This document shows positions 22,305 to 35,366 of a stretch of 64,000 nucleotides of DNA, piece after piece; the first letter of the stretch is position 1, and the number at the start of each line of letters is the position of its first letter. The position numbers and the translations under genes were made by a program. The stretch is from Felis catus (Eukaryota), in contig NC_058382.1 of assembly GCF_018350175.1 (NCBI RefSeq), positions 56,670,001 to 56,734,000 of the forward strand. The letters run 5' to 3'. The notes beneath the pieces were generated by a model that was not told the origin of the DNA, searched no databases, and saw only the letters and a program-made list of their open reading frames with translations.

Positions 22305-23655
22305 AGGAAGATTAAATAAGATATGTCAAGCACTTAGCACCCTGTAAATGTCAGTGGATATTAGTCATTTTCATGATGGACAATGAGATTGAAGAAGAAG
22401 CATGGAGGTGGGATTTTCTTCCTCTGGCGGGGAGTCCGCTTACTTTCCGGCCACACGGCAGAGAATGGCAGCCTTATAAAGTTCCGTGAAACACCGACGT
22501 AATCCACCTACCGAAATCCAGACATGAATGTCGACGCATGTGTATCGAGCACCCATCAGAGTGTCTTGCTGAATCCATGATGGACTGCCAGATCCCAGGG
22601 ACGCGGAGATCAAGCTGCCTGGTGATAAAGTAAAGCAGACCTACCAGCAGCAAACACACAGGGAGATGTGCTGTTTGAACTGAGCCTCAACGCATGGATG
22701 GAAAGCCGCAGCCAACGGGCTGAGGGAAGGGCATCCCGGGGATGGGAACAGCATAGGCAAAGGCTTGACACGTTCATACATGACTTGAAGAGAGGCAGGG
22801 AGCTGAGGGTGTCCTAGGGAGATACCGGATGAGGGCAGGGAGTTGGCACAAGATTGTAGAGGGCTTCGAATGTCATCCTAAGGATTATGGATGTGTCCTC
22901 ACGTAAATGCAATGCCACCAACCGTATTTAAACATTAAACACTGCTCTGTTAAACGTGGTGCCCTCGGAGCTGTAACTCGGAGGGAAAGCTGGTGAGCGG
23001 GAGGGGAGACCATCAGTAAAGCAGATGCATTTTGGAGGCAGCTCAAGAATGCTTGGTAAATGATGAGTAGCTGATTCATGGATTTCTAGCCTTCTCAAGG
23101 GGAGAGACAAGGAGCTACCACTTGAACCTAAATTCCGCAGGTTGTTAATAAATGAATAAACACCAGCCTACTTCGTATCTCTGTTCTTGTGTGTCTTAGA
23201 GCATTAGACAATCAGTAGCTGCTCAGCACATATTGAATCAAGAGACACTTAGGTTTGTCATTAAGACAGATTCATCTTTTTGTGTTTGACGAATGTGTAA
23301 TTCTCTAAGCTTTATCTTCTTCTGTGTCTCTTTTTTTTTATATGGTAAAAATAACTTAAAATGCAGGGTGATGATGAGTTTAGAGTGCTTCTGTTTTTCC
23401 ATCATTTTAAATCTCTCCATCTTTATGTGAAGTACCCTAAAAACTGAAGAACTTTTTCTTTTTTGGGAAAAGTTCTTTTAGAGAATGTAGATTTCTCCTT
23501 ATCAGCCAAGAACTATGATTAGCACAGAAAGGCACGTTTTACTTCACTGACACATTTTCTAGTTACCGTACTCAAATCACATCACTCTCAATCCCATCCC
23601 TGTTCACAGTCCCAGTTGGAGAGATACACCCCAGTTTTGGAAGAATGTCGAGTTA

Positions 23656-23852
23656 GGGGCGCCTGCATGGCTGAGTCAGTTGAGTGGCCAACTCTTGACG
23701 TCAGCTCAGGTCATGATCCCGGGGCTGTGGGATCGAGCCCCTCATTGGGGCTGGAGCCCGCTGGAGCTGGAGCCCGCTGAGGATTCTCTCTCTCTCCCTC
23801 TACCCCTCCCCTGCTTGCACGCACATTCTCTCTTCTCTCTTTCTCCCAAATT
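23656..23852 (+). mobile_element. Can-SINE whose tail has become GGAA-rich
   Basis: ggggcgcctgcatggctgagtcagttgag...; ends ccaaattgaaaggaaggaaggg. Confidence 0.85.
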
Positions 23853-24374
23853 GAAAGGAAGGAAGGGAAGGAGGGACCCAGGAAGAAGGGAAAGTTGTTT
23901 CGTTCTATTGTGGCTTTGAACTGGTGGAGAAAACAGGAGGAGCTTTGCTCTTGCCATATTGAGACCCGTCGTTTAAGGGAAAAGGCATTGATGGAAAGTC
24001 TTTGGAAAGCAGCTCGTTCAAACCTGCTCTTACTGTGCCTGGCCCCTAGTCGGGACCTGAGTGGTTAGGGTGGCTATGTTCTGCTTCCGCTGCAAAGCAT
24101 TTCCAGGGAAGGTGAGCGGGAGGCTTGGATTAAGGCAAGCTAGCGATAGAGCGTTTCAAGACACGATGGTGTCTCAAAAGGCCTGGGACCCACATTTCTT
24201 TCACTTGTGTTTTCAGGGAGACCTCTCATTTGCTGCACGTTTGCCATAGGATAAAAGCTTGTTGATAGCATAATTCAGAGTTCTGAAGGCATGGCCAGCT
24301 TTACTGGCTATATGGCATTAGGATGTCACATTCAACAATGAAGGAGCTTCAAACTATAGGAACACTCGCCAAGT

Positions 24375-24583
24375 TAGAGGTTGGAAACGTTCTCTTGAAG
24401 GGCCGGATGGTAAATACTGTAGGTTTTGGGGACCAAGAGGTAAGACTGAGAATATATGTAAGTACATCTATACCCATGTAAAATATAATCATTGAAAAAT
24501 ATAAAAAGCATTTTTGCTCACAAGCCACCAAAAAACAGACAGCTGGCTGACTTGGGCCCACAGGCCATCGTTGGCCAGCCCTG
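24375..24583 (+). mobile_element. MER58-like hAT-Charlie MITE
   Basis: tagaggttggaaacg...aagggccggatggtaaatactgtaggtttt...ggccatcgttggccagccctg. Confidence 0.75.
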
Positions 24584-24895
24584 AGCTATTACACTGCCCG
24601 TGAAAATGGTCCAATTAGTAGTAACTTCAGCTACTCGTTGTTGAGTGTATTCGTGCATATGTATCCGAGGTCCGTTCTCAAAATACCAAATCACACTTAC
24701 TAATCCGGGAGTGGGATCCTCGGGACGGGAACTAGGTCGTGAATGATGGGTCTGATTTCATTTTTCTTGGCCCAGCAGTCCCATTTCCCCGTGATTAAGA
24801 AACAGATCATTTCAGACACTTGTTAATTAATTCCAAACTGGAAATTTGGTTACGATAATTACAACAACTAGTTCAATGCAAAAATAGCAAAACAA

Positions 24896-25086
24896 GGGGC
24901 TCCTGGGTGGCTCAGTCGGCTGAGGGTCAGACTCTCGGTGTCACTTCAGGTCACGATCTCACTGCGCATGAGACTGAGCCCTGCGTCGGGCCCTGCTTGG
25001 GATTTTTTCTCAATTCCTCTTGCTCTGCCCCTCCCCCGCACTTGCTCTCTTTCTCTCTTTCTCAAAATAAGTAAATAAACTTAAAA
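24896..25086 (+). mobile_element. Can-SINE
   Basis: ggggctcctgggtggctcagtcgg...ctcaaaataagtaaataaacttaaaa. Confidence 0.9.
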
Positions 25087-25622
25087 GATAATGGTAAAGC
25101 AAAGTGCTGTCTAGACACAGACTAAACACTGGCTGAAACCACTTCCAGTGACCGTCTTTGTCACATCAGAGCCCAAGAGTAAGGAAGAGCACGATGGACG
25201 GGGAGCCCTTCTTTGAACTGAGCGGGTACAGAGTTGGGGACAGCTGATGTCACTGAGATGTGAGCCTATATCGGCCTCTCCCTAAAGCTCATACATTCCC
25301 CCCCCCCCGCCACTAGATGAATCAATAGTATTGATTATTTGGATGGTACCTTCACAGAGGAAATAGATTTTGAAATTCTTTTCAGCACAGGAAAGCAAAC
25401 CACAGTGAAGTTTTGAAGTAACTTTTGTTTTGATTGGGCTGTGGGTCTTTGAGGCCCAGCAGGGGGCCTTCTGGTTCTGAGCTCAGGTGGCTCCTAGAAA
25501 TTTGGTAGAAAGTAGCTCTGAGAAAAGGCTCTTTCCTGCCCTAGTGTGGACATACAAATCAGTCCAATTCGTTTGGTGGCTGTTTTGGAAATAAGAATCA
25601 GATGGATTTTAAAAATGCCTCT

Positions 25623-25833
25623 GGGGGCCCCTGGGGGACTCAGTCAGTTAAGCATTCTGACCCTTGATTTCATCTGAGGTCATGATGTCGTGGTTTGTGA
25701 ATTTGAGCCCTGCATCAGGCTCTGTACTGGGGGCACAGAGCCTGCTCAGAATTCTCTCTCTATCTCTCTCTCTCTGCCCCTCCACCATTTGCACTCTCTC
25801 TCTCTCTCAAAATAAATAAATAAGCACTTTTTC
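25623..25833 (+). mobile_element. Can-SINE (first of a tandem pair)
   Basis: Flanked by aaaatgcctct / aaaatgtccct. Confidence 0.88.
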
Positions 25834-25848
25834 AAAATGTCCCTATAT

Positions 25849-26058
25849 GGGGCGCTTGGAGGCTCAGTCAGTTGAGCATCCGACTTCAGCTCAGGTCATG
25901 TTCTCACAGTTTGCGAGTTCGAGCCCCGCGTTGGGCTCTGTGCTGACAGCTCAGAGCCTGGAGCCTGCTTCGGATTCTGTGTCTCCTTTGCTCTCTTCCC
26001 CTCCCCCTCTCACACCCTGTGTCTCTCTCAAAAATAAATAAACAAAAAAAATTTATAA
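25849..26058 (+). mobile_element. Can-SINE (second of the tandem pair)
   Basis: TSD aaaatgtccctatat (25834-25848) / aaaatgcccctatat (26059-26073). Confidence 0.92.
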
Positions 26059-26367
26059 AAAATGCCCCTATATTCTTTGACACAGCAATTCACATAATCA
26101 AATATGTGTACACGCATTCACCCATGGAAGTTTCACTGGATCTTTATCTAAAGAACCAAGCTAAGTGTCAAACCACTGGATCTGTTCAATAAATTGTGCC
26201 ATATTCCTACTCTGAGATTCCACTAAATCACGTAAAATGATGTGGCACAAGAATATATAATGATATGGAAAGATGTTCACCGTGTATTAACAAGCAGTTT
26301 GCAAAACACCACCTAAGCTGTGATTCTTTTTGTTGTTTTTATTCTTTGTTTTTGTTTATATATGTAC

Positions 26368-26672
26368 ATCGCCTTATTCTGCTCAGGCTGTTGTAACAAA
26401 ACACCGTTGATTGGCAGAGGCTTAAACAATAGAAATTCATTTCTCATAGGTCTGGAGACTGATGGCTCCCTTCTCACTGTGTCTTCCCATGCAGGAAAGG
26501 AAACTCCCATAGCCTTCTTATAAGGATATTGGCCACATCATGAGTGTCCCACATTCCTGTCCTCATCCTCATCTAATTATCTTCCAAAGGCCCCACTTCC
26601 CAAGAGCACCCTGTTGGCGGTTAGGGCTCCCGTGTATGCATTTTAGCGGGACAGAAATAGTCAGTAACATAG
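26368..26672 (-). mobile_element. MaLR solo LTR (MLT1A-like), internally deleted
   Basis: ctgctcaggctgttgtaacaaaacacc...ggcttaaacaatagaaattcatttctca...catctaattatcttccaaaggccccac. Confidence 0.75.
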
Positions 26673-27323
26673 GTCATCATGGTCTATGACATGAAAGCGT
26701 TTGTGTGAATGTGTTTGGACTCGTCCTTTTAGGATCTGAATTTTCTGAGAGTGCAGTGTCCGAGGTGACAGCCTCATATCTAGGCAGCCTGAGTTCAAAT
26801 CCGAGCCCCGTGTCACTCCAGCGCTGTGATGCTGGGAACATTGGTAGCTTGAACAACTGGTAACCATAATTATGATTGCCATGTCATCAAATATTCTTCC
26901 ACATCAAGGTTCACGCTTCCCAGAGGGCCCCATTGTAGGAAAGTAGCACAATACAGAGAGCAAAACCCTTTTGGTTTGATGGGTGCCTCAGTTTCTTCCT
27001 CTGCAAAATAGGAACCATAATGTGCCTCCCTCAAAGGGTTGTTGTAAGAATTAAAGGAATCAATACAAGCACAGGTGTGGGGGAGCTTTTGGGTTTTTCC
27101 GTATTTTCTAATTTGGGTGCAGTGGCCATGTACTGTCTCAGTAATGAAAATACAGTTCTGGTCTTCATCTTGAAAAGCAGTTACATCTTGGATCCTGAGG
27201 ACAAGGGGATTCTGGGTTAGGATGCCACAGTGTGATGCATCAAGGGTCAGCAGGACTGTCACCTTCAACTTGAGACTGGTTTCTACCTGAGCCAGTTTTT
27301 AGGGAATTTTGTTTATTTTTGTT

Positions 27324-27530
27324 TAATTTTGTTAACGCTTACTCATTTTTGAGAGACACAGCACAAGCAGGGGAGGGGCAGAGAGAAAGAGAGAGACCCA
27401 GAATCCAAGGCAGGCTCCAGGCTCCGAGCTGTCAGCACAGAGCCCGATGCGGGGCTGGCACTCACGATCTGTGAGATCGTGACCTGAGCCGAAGTCGGAC
27501 TCTTAACTGACTGAGCCACCCAGGCACCCC
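27324..27530 (-). mobile_element. Can-SINE inserted in the tail of the next SINE
   Basis: Inner TSD tgtttatttttgtt at 27310-27323 and 27532-27545. Confidence 0.92.
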
Positions 27531-27756
27531 ATGTTTATTTTTGTTAACGTTTATTTATTTAGTGAGAAAGAGTGTGTGTGTGTGCACGCGTGTGCCTGTG
27601 TGGGGATGAGGGCAGAGGGAGAAAGAGAGAGAATCCCGAGCAGGGTCCACACTCAGCATGGAGCCCGACGTGGGGCTCGATCTTCTGACCAGGGATCATG
27701 ACCTGAGCCGAAATCAAGAGTTGGACGTTCAGCTGCCCGGACCACCCAGGCGCCCC
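27531..27756 (-). mobile_element. Can-SINE (outer element)
   Basis: Outer TSD ctacctgagccagttt (27283-27298) / ctacgtgagccagttt (27757-27772) spans both SINEs. Confidence 0.9.
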
Positions 27757-28751
27757 CTACGTGAGCCAGTTTAATCAGTGACAAAGCAGTGAGGGTCACA
27801 CTAGGCACCGCAGCCTCTGCTGATAATTGCTGTGATCACAAGAAACACATTTCAGACGTCAGAAAGGCATGTTCTTAAGGTAAATGTTGTCAACACTTCC
27901 ACACTTGAAACAACAAACATTTCCATTTCCTTAAGCGACACGGCCACGGCGGTGGCCAGAACACGCGCTGATCAGCCGCTCACTTCTCCCGTCACCAGTT
28001 CCCGCCGGCAGCTTGCCGGACCTATCATGGTGCGCGCTTCTGTGTTTCCAAGACAGCCGTGGGAAGTGAGTGTTTTGTGACCTTTGCAAAGAACAGCTGT
28101 AGAAAGGGCCATTACGATTCAACGAACGGCATCTCTATTTATGGGGCCTCCAAAGCAGGAACCAAAATTAAACTCCTTTAGTCATTTCCTCGCCTGTGTC
28201 TTATGGACTGGTTTTGCACTCGTGTTTCTCCACGGAAGACTTCTTGGGCCCTAATTCCAGTTTTCTGTCTCCTGGGCTCTGGATTTCTGGGGTGGGGGAG
28301 AACCCATTCTCCATTCTTACACCTTCTTGGTGTTAGATTAGCTCGTGACACACGTGAGGGTGTGTGTGCCGCCCCACGCTGGACAGCTACCGTGCGCACA
28401 ATGACAGCATCTGTGTTTCCAACCAGGCATTAAATGAGGGCCATATCACTCACAGGACTGACCATTTTATCACAGGGTAGCGGCGTTCCCCAGGGCTGGC
28501 AGGACTTGCCTGCTTCACGCACCGAGCCGTGGGACTGGACTTGACCCTAAAGCTTCTGCTTCGCTCTCCCAGGAGGCTGCTGAGAGAAAAGCATGGGCCA
28601 TATTGAGGACGAAATCTTATCCGCTGAAGGACAGCCTTATCGTTCATAAAACTTACGCCAGGGGTTTCTTCTTTGCTCTTAGCCTCATCACACCTTTGGG
28701 AAACTCGACTCGGTTTCCCTAAGTTCTTCCATTAGAAAGGCAGTGAGGTGA

Positions 28752-28969
28752 GGGCCGCCCGGGTGGCTCAGTCGGTGAAGCATCCGACTCTTGCCTTTGG
28801 CTCAGTCATGATCTCATGGTTTCATGAGTTTGAGCCCCACTGTCAGCACAGAGCCTGCTTGGGTCTCTCGCTCGGTCTCTCTCTCTCTCTCTTTCTCTCT
28901 CTGCATCTCCCCTACTCATGCTGTCTCTACTGTCTCTCTCAAAAATTAATTAATTAATTAAAAAAAAAA
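28752..28969 (+). mobile_element. Can-SINE with short internal deletion
   Basis: TSD aaaggcagtgaggtga (28736-28751) / aaaggctgtgaggtga (28970-28985). Confidence 0.92.
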
Positions 28970-29133
28970 AAAGGCTGTGAGGTGAAATGGCTCAGGGCTC
29001 CTATGTGAGAATTCTAGAGTCCTGAGGTGGAATCTGGGCTCTGCATCCTGTTAGCTGTGTCACCTTGGAAAAGTCACTTCCCCTCTCGCAGCTTCCATTT
29101 CTCCACCTAGAAAATGGAGTTCATAACATGACC

Positions 29134-29632
29134 TGTGGGTAGACAGAATAACGACCCCTAAAATATCCTCATCCTAATCCCCAGAGCTGTGGGGATTATC
29201 CTGTGAATAGGATACTTTACGGGGAAGAAGGAAGTTTGCAGGTGAGATTAAGTCAAGGATATCGAAATGTGGAGATATTTCGGGGTTTTCCGTGTGGGCC
29301 TGGTGTGATCGCAAGGGCCCTGATGAGGGGGAGGCAGGAGAGTCAAAGTCAGAGAGAGATTTGAGGACATTATGCTGCTAGTTTTGAAGATGGAGGGAGG
29401 GGTCAGGATCCAAGAGATGCAAGCAGCGTTTAGAAACTGGAAAAGGCCAGGAAACCAGTCCACCCATAGAATCTCCAGAAGGAAAACAGCCCTGCCATCA
29501 CCTTGATGTCACCAGTGAGACCCCCACCCCTTTTTGATTTCCGACCTCCAGAACTGTAAGATAACAAATCCGCGTCGTTTTCAAGTCACTAGGCTACGTG
29601 GTTTGTTACAGCAGCTGTAGGAAACTGATACA
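29134..29632 (+). mobile_element. MaLR solo LTR (MLT1D-like) inserted in a MIR
   Basis: tgtgggtagacagaataacgaccc...ttgaagatggagggagggg...gacctccagaactgtaagataa...tttgttacagcagctgtaggaaactgataca. Confidence 0.88.
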
Positions 29633-31699
29633 GCCTGCTTCACGTGGTTTGGCACAGAAAGCTCTCAACCCCTCGTAGCCATTGCCACCAGTCACGAAAT
29701 AACGACAAGACTTGAGGATGACCCAGATGTGTCCTAACCAGAGGTGGAGTCCACCTGACCAGATCTCTATAAGGCATAGCCCGGGGCCTTTCTGGAAGGT
29801 TGAGTGGCTGCCCCCCTACCCTGACCCAGTCTGTCCCTTGGAGTCAGTGGAAGGAAATGCCAGTGTTGCCTTTAGGCGGTGGCTTCTACTACCTGTTATC
29901 AAGGGCACAGTAGAACCTCCTGGTTCTGCTTTAGTTCCATAAACCCAGCCTCGCAGAGTCTACGCAGGAACACGGTTCTTGCCTCTTGTGGACATCTGCC
30001 CATTGTACGTGCTTGAAATGCATTGATGAGAATGGTCACATCCTTATTAGTTAAGCAGAGGGTGTAAGGTGAGGTCTCGATTCATCCAAGTAAATGCTGT
30101 AGTGTTGAGGTGCTAGGCTCAGGCACAGGGTGCTTCCTTTCCTTCCCAAATTAGGACCCCGTAAGGAATAAGAAAAACAGGAAACCGGAGACCAAACCAT
30201 AAGCTTGGTTACCATGAAGCCGATGGACAAAGGGAGCCAAGAGTCTGTGGGCAAATACGTTTGCTAATATTCTGTGCTCGAATTAGAGACTCGGCCCCAC
30301 CCAGTCGTGGGCAGAGTGGGACAACCCTGGCCATGCCCACTGGGGGTGGATCTTACCCCAGGAATCCTCTGCCAGAAAGGAGGGGTGGGGCCTGAGGCAG
30401 AGAGAGATGGAGCAGAGGGAGGCAGGGAGACAAGACAGCGTTCTCCTGGGAGATGCCAAACTCAGAATCCAGTGCCTCCTGCCCTTCCCCCTCTTCCTCC
30501 CTGCACCACCCCCCACCCGGGGGAGAGCAGGGGCAGGAGGAAGCAGAAGGGTGTCCTCTAGCCCATAAGACACCTCTGGAGCTAGGAGGATAGGAAAGGC
30601 CACCATCTGAGTAGATGCAGAGCTCTGGAGGAGAGCCTAGAGTGTACATGAGGTCAGGTCCCTCCACAAAGAAACCCAAGGATGGAATAATGGAGCTTCC
30701 AACCTAACCCTTAGTTCTCTCTAAGAGCTCACTTTGCGTGAAGAATTTTGCAGGGATTTCTTGAGCACAGCACGTAGCAAAGTTTCTGTTAGAGAAGAGG
30801 GTTAATGCCATCTGAAATCACTCAGCATGCCAAATGTCCCTGCTCTATTGCCTGGGCACAAAAGGACGGTCAAGGCTTTGCTGACAATTTCCTTTGCTGG
30901 GCAGTGGCGGGAATGAGCTGGATGTTCATGACCTGGACTCAGTGTCCTCCGCTCTGGCAAGATGGGACCCCACCTCTGGAGCTCTGTCCCTTCTGAGTAA
31001 GGCATGGACTGTGAGATGCGGCAGCCTGGTGAGAGATAGCAGCCCTATCCCCTCCTCTGGACGCCCAGGCAGAACTCGAGCCCTGATGGCTGCTGGTGTT
31101 AGAGCAGATAATGAGATAACCTGGTCTCCTAGGATGACAAGAGTCGTGGGCTCAGAGAATGTTTTTCTTAAATAACGTTTGTTTACAGTGACGTTCTTAA
31201 AAATAGTAAATATATTCATACAAGCAAGCAATTAGTGTCCCGCCAGATAAGTCCCATGGTGGCATGAGAGTGTAATCCTTAAACAAAAAACATCAGCCTC
31301 AAACAAAGCATCAGAAATTCTTGCTTTAAGATCTCCCTTCTCTCTAAAAAAAATTCCCGTAACTTTCCCTAGAGCCAGGATCCCCACCTGAGATCTGCGG
31401 ACAGACTCCAGGAGTGGGGGCACACGAATGGGGATGAGAAAACATTTCAAGTGTGTTTTCATTAACCATTAACCGCAACTTGGCACTTTTCTTTTTCCTG
31501 AGTGAGGATAGACAGAGAAGGGCAGTGTTCGCCGTGCCCGTGACTGTTACCAGCAAAAGTCACGGATATTTTCATATCACATCACAGAGGATGCAAACAC
31601 ATCAGAAATATGCCCCGTGCTCTGCTACTTTGAAGTGAATCTGATCACTAGATTTAACACGAGATCTAGTTACTGAGGGTTTGCTAAAGAAAGACTTGA

Positions 31700-31889
31700 G
31701 TGCGCGCCTGGGTGGCTCAGTCGGTTGAGTGTCCGCCTCTTGGTTTCAGCTCAGGTCATGATCCCAGGGCTGTGGGATCGAGGCCCGAGTCAGGTTCCTC
31801 GGAACCAGCTCGGGATTCTCTCTGCCTCTCTCTTGGTCCCTCTCCCCAGGTCATGTCCTCCCTCTCTCTGAAATAAAAATTTTTTAAAG
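31700..31889 (+). mobile_element. Can-SINE
   Basis: gcgcctgggtggctcagtcggttgag...; TSD aagaaagacttg / aagaaggacttg. Confidence 0.88.
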
Positions 31890-32659
31890 AAGAAGGACTT
31901 GTACTATCACATCAATTCGTCTGCTGCTTTGATCCTTTCATTTCAATATAATTTGCTTCCTTTGTCATCCTGTGTATTTATTTTTTGTGTTTGAAAACGT
32001 TCTGCAAAGGGGTCCACCAGCTTAACGTGTCCGTGGCACAAAACTCTTTAAGACCCTGGCCCTGAGGAGCTGCGTAGGGGCTTTCTCTCCTTTGCGGAGG
32101 TCCCCTCCTCCCTCTGGGACAGCCCACATCTGGGCCCACATCCAGGCCCTTCCTCTTACTAGACAGAGACGTTCTGGGTGGCCGCCCTATGCCTTTGGCT
32201 CCCTTGTGTCTACCATCATGGAGCCCCCACATGCTGGGTCCCCAGGGACACTTCGGTCCACCGCCTCTCTATGACTCTCTTCATTGATAGAAAAGGACAT
32301 AAGAAAACTCAACAGATTGTGAATTTTAAATTTGGGGTTTGTGGCCCCCAGATGAATCCAGTTGATTTAGTGCAGCAGTTAGTTCTGGGGAAGGAATAGC
32401 CACCTGGATGTTACATTAGAGTGGTACATAATTTGGTAAATCTTGGAGCCCAGGGCTGAGGCAGCCACAGTCTACACCCTGGGAAATGGAAGATAGCCTG
32501 AGGTCATAGCTCCGCTCTGGTCAGTGCTGCCTGGAGTGTCAGGCTGGGATGGACCCAAGCCCTCTGATTTTATCTCCTGCCTCTCTTTCCCTAACTCATG
32601 CCTGCATTCCAGTAATGTCAGCGTGTTCCCTTGCCTCTAGGATGATGTACTTCTTACTT

Positions 32660-33160
32660 TTGCATATCAGTGCCTCCAAGATGGCCCCCAGTGATCCCCA
32701 CCTCCTGGTATCTGAGCTGTTAGGTAGCCCCCGCTCCAACCAAGTTGAAGGGGGATGAGGTGTGGGACCAATGGGATCTAGCAGAAATGACATGGTGAGA
32801 CTTCCAAGCCTAGATTGTTCTTATTCTTACTTGCTGTGGGTGAAGCCAACAGCCATGTTGCGAGGACCCTCAAGTAGCCTCGTGGAGAGGTTCAAGGGGC
32901 AAAGAACCAGAGCCACCTACCAGCAGCTGGCGCTGTCTCAGCAGGAGTGTGACCAAGCTGTCCCGGAAGCCAATCCTCTAGCCTGCTAAATCTTTAAACT
33001 ACAGGCTCAACCGCATCTTGGTGGCTGTCTCATGAGAGACATGGCCCCAGAATCATCTAGCTAAGCGGCTTCTGAATTCCTAACCCACAGAAACTGAGTG
33101 AGGTGGGAAGTGTTCATCATTGCTTTAAAGCGTGAGGGTTGGGGAGGTTGGTCACATACG
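32660..33160 (+). mobile_element. MaLR LTR (MLT1F-like)
   Basis: gcctccaagatggcccccagtgatccccacctcctggtat...ctagctaagcggcttctgaattcctaacccacagaaactg. Confidence 0.78.
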
Positions 33161-33809
33161 CCGGGTCCTCTGCTAGCCCTGCTGCTTGTTTCCGGTAGCC
33201 TTCCAGATCTGATCTGAAGAGCTCCTCTGCGGAGCCTTCCCGACCTTCCCTGGCTGAATTTATTGCTCCCCCTTCCTTTCTGTGCACAAATTATTTATCA
33301 TGCTCTTAACAAAGTTATCCCAAGGAAAACCAGTGTTTTGATTATAGTCTCCTCTGTCAACTCTGGGCTTCTTGAGAAGGTTTGCAATGTATTCATACTT
33401 CAGAAGCCCATAAAAGGGGCTCAGAAGATGGTTGAATGGATAAAGGGGGTGTACAGGAACTTGGGTAAACTCAAGCCAAATACATCTGAAGCCCATGGTA
33501 TTTCCAAAGCATATTTGACTGGAAAGACCAAGTCCTTTAAAGGGGTTGAGAGGCATAATTAACTAGTACATAGTCTTAATCCCATTCTTGACAATGGAAT
33601 AATGACAATGGGTTGCTTCTTTGGGAGGGAATTAGAGAACCACAAAACATTTCCAAAGGCAGTTGGAATGCTTAACTGAGCCAGACTATTCATATCGAAT
33701 GCCACCCTGCCCCTGTTGGCATAGCTCGCTGAATTGCCTGATCTTGTCCAAACATCTTTTTTTTAAAAAAACTGACAAAGGGTCTTATCACTTAAATTAA
33801 AAACCATTT

Positions 33810-34031
33810 GGGGTGCCTGGGTGGCTCAGTCGGTTGAGCGTCCAACTTCGGCTCAGGTCATGATCTCACAGTCCGGGAGTTCAAGCCCCACATCGGGCTC
33901 TGTGCTGACAGCTCAGAGCCTGGAGCCTGCTTCAGATTCTGTGTCTCCCTCTCTCTCTGCCCCTCCCCTGCTCATGTTCTGTCTCTCTCTGTCTCAAAAA
34001 TAAATAAAAACATTAAAAAAATTTTTTTAAG
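33810..34031 (+). mobile_element. Can-SINE
   Basis: Near-consensus; TSD taaattaaaaaccattt / taaattaaaaatcattt. Confidence 0.95.
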
Positions 34032-34214
34032 TAAATTAAAAATCATTTTTGCTTAGCAAGCGTAGAGCCTACATTTCCTCCTAACGTCCTTACTTACTGA
34101 GGTTGCGAAGGGGGGCAGGAAGGAGATGGAGTGAGAAACTGGAGGTAAAATATGCATTCCCCCACACCTGCTTGCACATCGGCCCCTGCCTCTTGGGTTA
34201 GACCATAAAGCAGG

Positions 34215-34613
34215 GGCCACTGGTGGCCTGCCCAGATCCCCCAGCACTCACCATCCCAGTGGGGCTGTTGGCTTCTTCATCCCTGCAGCTGCCTTCCTGG
34301 GGCCTTGTCTCACCACAAGTGTGTACCCAGTCTGCTCAGGAGCTACTGCTCAAGGAGCCGGCGTGAGCCTTGGAGAGATAAGGTGGAGGCGAATGTCCCA
34401 CGCTTGCCCTCCCAGTAGGACAGCTCTATGCAGTCTCCCTGCGGGATTGAGCCCCATTCAGTGACCTGCTCATCACTGCCCATAGCTTTTCCATTTTCTG
34501 GGTCATTTCTCCCACTCCCTTACTTGTGCTTCTTGGGATCACCTCCTGGGGAAGCTATTTGCACCCAAGTCAGGGTCTCAGGGTCTGCCTCTGGGGGGAG
34601 CAAAACAAAGACA
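34215..34613 (+). mobile_element. ERVL solo LTR (LTR16-like)
   Basis: 3' end gcttcttgggatcacctcc...ctatttgcacccaag...gtctcagggtctgcctctggggggagcaaaacaaagaca. Confidence 0.72.
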
Positions 34614-35140
34614 GAGAGCTAACCGGGTCCAGCAATCCCTCCTCGCCTCTGCACTTAAGATGCCACACAACAGGCACAAGGCGCCGTGGCGAGCTGACCC
34701 TGTGTGTTTGTACCCTGTCAGGCCCCTAATCGGTGAATGGAGTTGAGGGCTCAGGCAGGAAGTGTGCGTTTGCGATCCGAGCTCTGGGCACAGGCACCCG
34801 CGAGGTGTGGGTGGCATGCAGGCTTCATGCGCCGTCCTCCCTTCTCATCCCCCTGCTTGCAGCACAAATCCCAGAGTCTCTCCACCCAACCCTCTTCTCA
34901 CCTACCTCCCAGCACCTGCCCTTTCTGAAAGGCTATGCTCCCCTATCCCGGAGTTTCAAAGATGCGAGGGCTGTGTCCACCTTAATGGTACAGGGAAGTC
35001 AGCATGGAAGTGATTATGTCAATGTGATACACGGGACTGGAACATGCTCTGTCCAGAGAAGTAACTTTGTCTTAGACGGCGGAGGAGGGCAGCCAGGAAT
35101 GGGACGTCCTGAGCTGGGGGGGGGGAGGGGGGGCTAGAGA

Positions 35141-35366
35141 AGTGATGGGCAAGCATTCTCTGTCAAAGACCACATAGTAAATGTGTTAGGTTTTGTGAGC
35201 CACATGGTCTCTGTTGCAAGTACTCAACTTTGCTTGCTTTGTAGCACAGAAGTAGTCATAGACAGCACATAAACAAACGAGCATGACTGGGTTCCAATAA
35301 AACTTTATTTACAAAAGCAAGTTGTGGGCCAAACATGATCCATGGACCATAGCTTCCCGACCTCTG
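35141..35366 (+). mobile_element. MER58A-like hAT-Charlie MITE
   Basis: atagtaaatgtgttaggttttgtgagccacatggtctctgttgcaagtactcaact...gttccaataaaactttatttacaaaa...ccgacctctg. Confidence 0.85.

Noticed and set aside
25381..25401. REST/NRSE site (ttcagcacaggaaagc)
   Set aside because: Only the left half-site matches; spacing and right half deviate from TTCAGCACCACGGACAG.
33810..33890. tRNA genes (A/B-box-like tggctcagtcgg...gttcaagccc)
   Set aside because: These are the tRNA-derived heads of Can-SINEs, followed by SINE body, (CT)n and A-tail.
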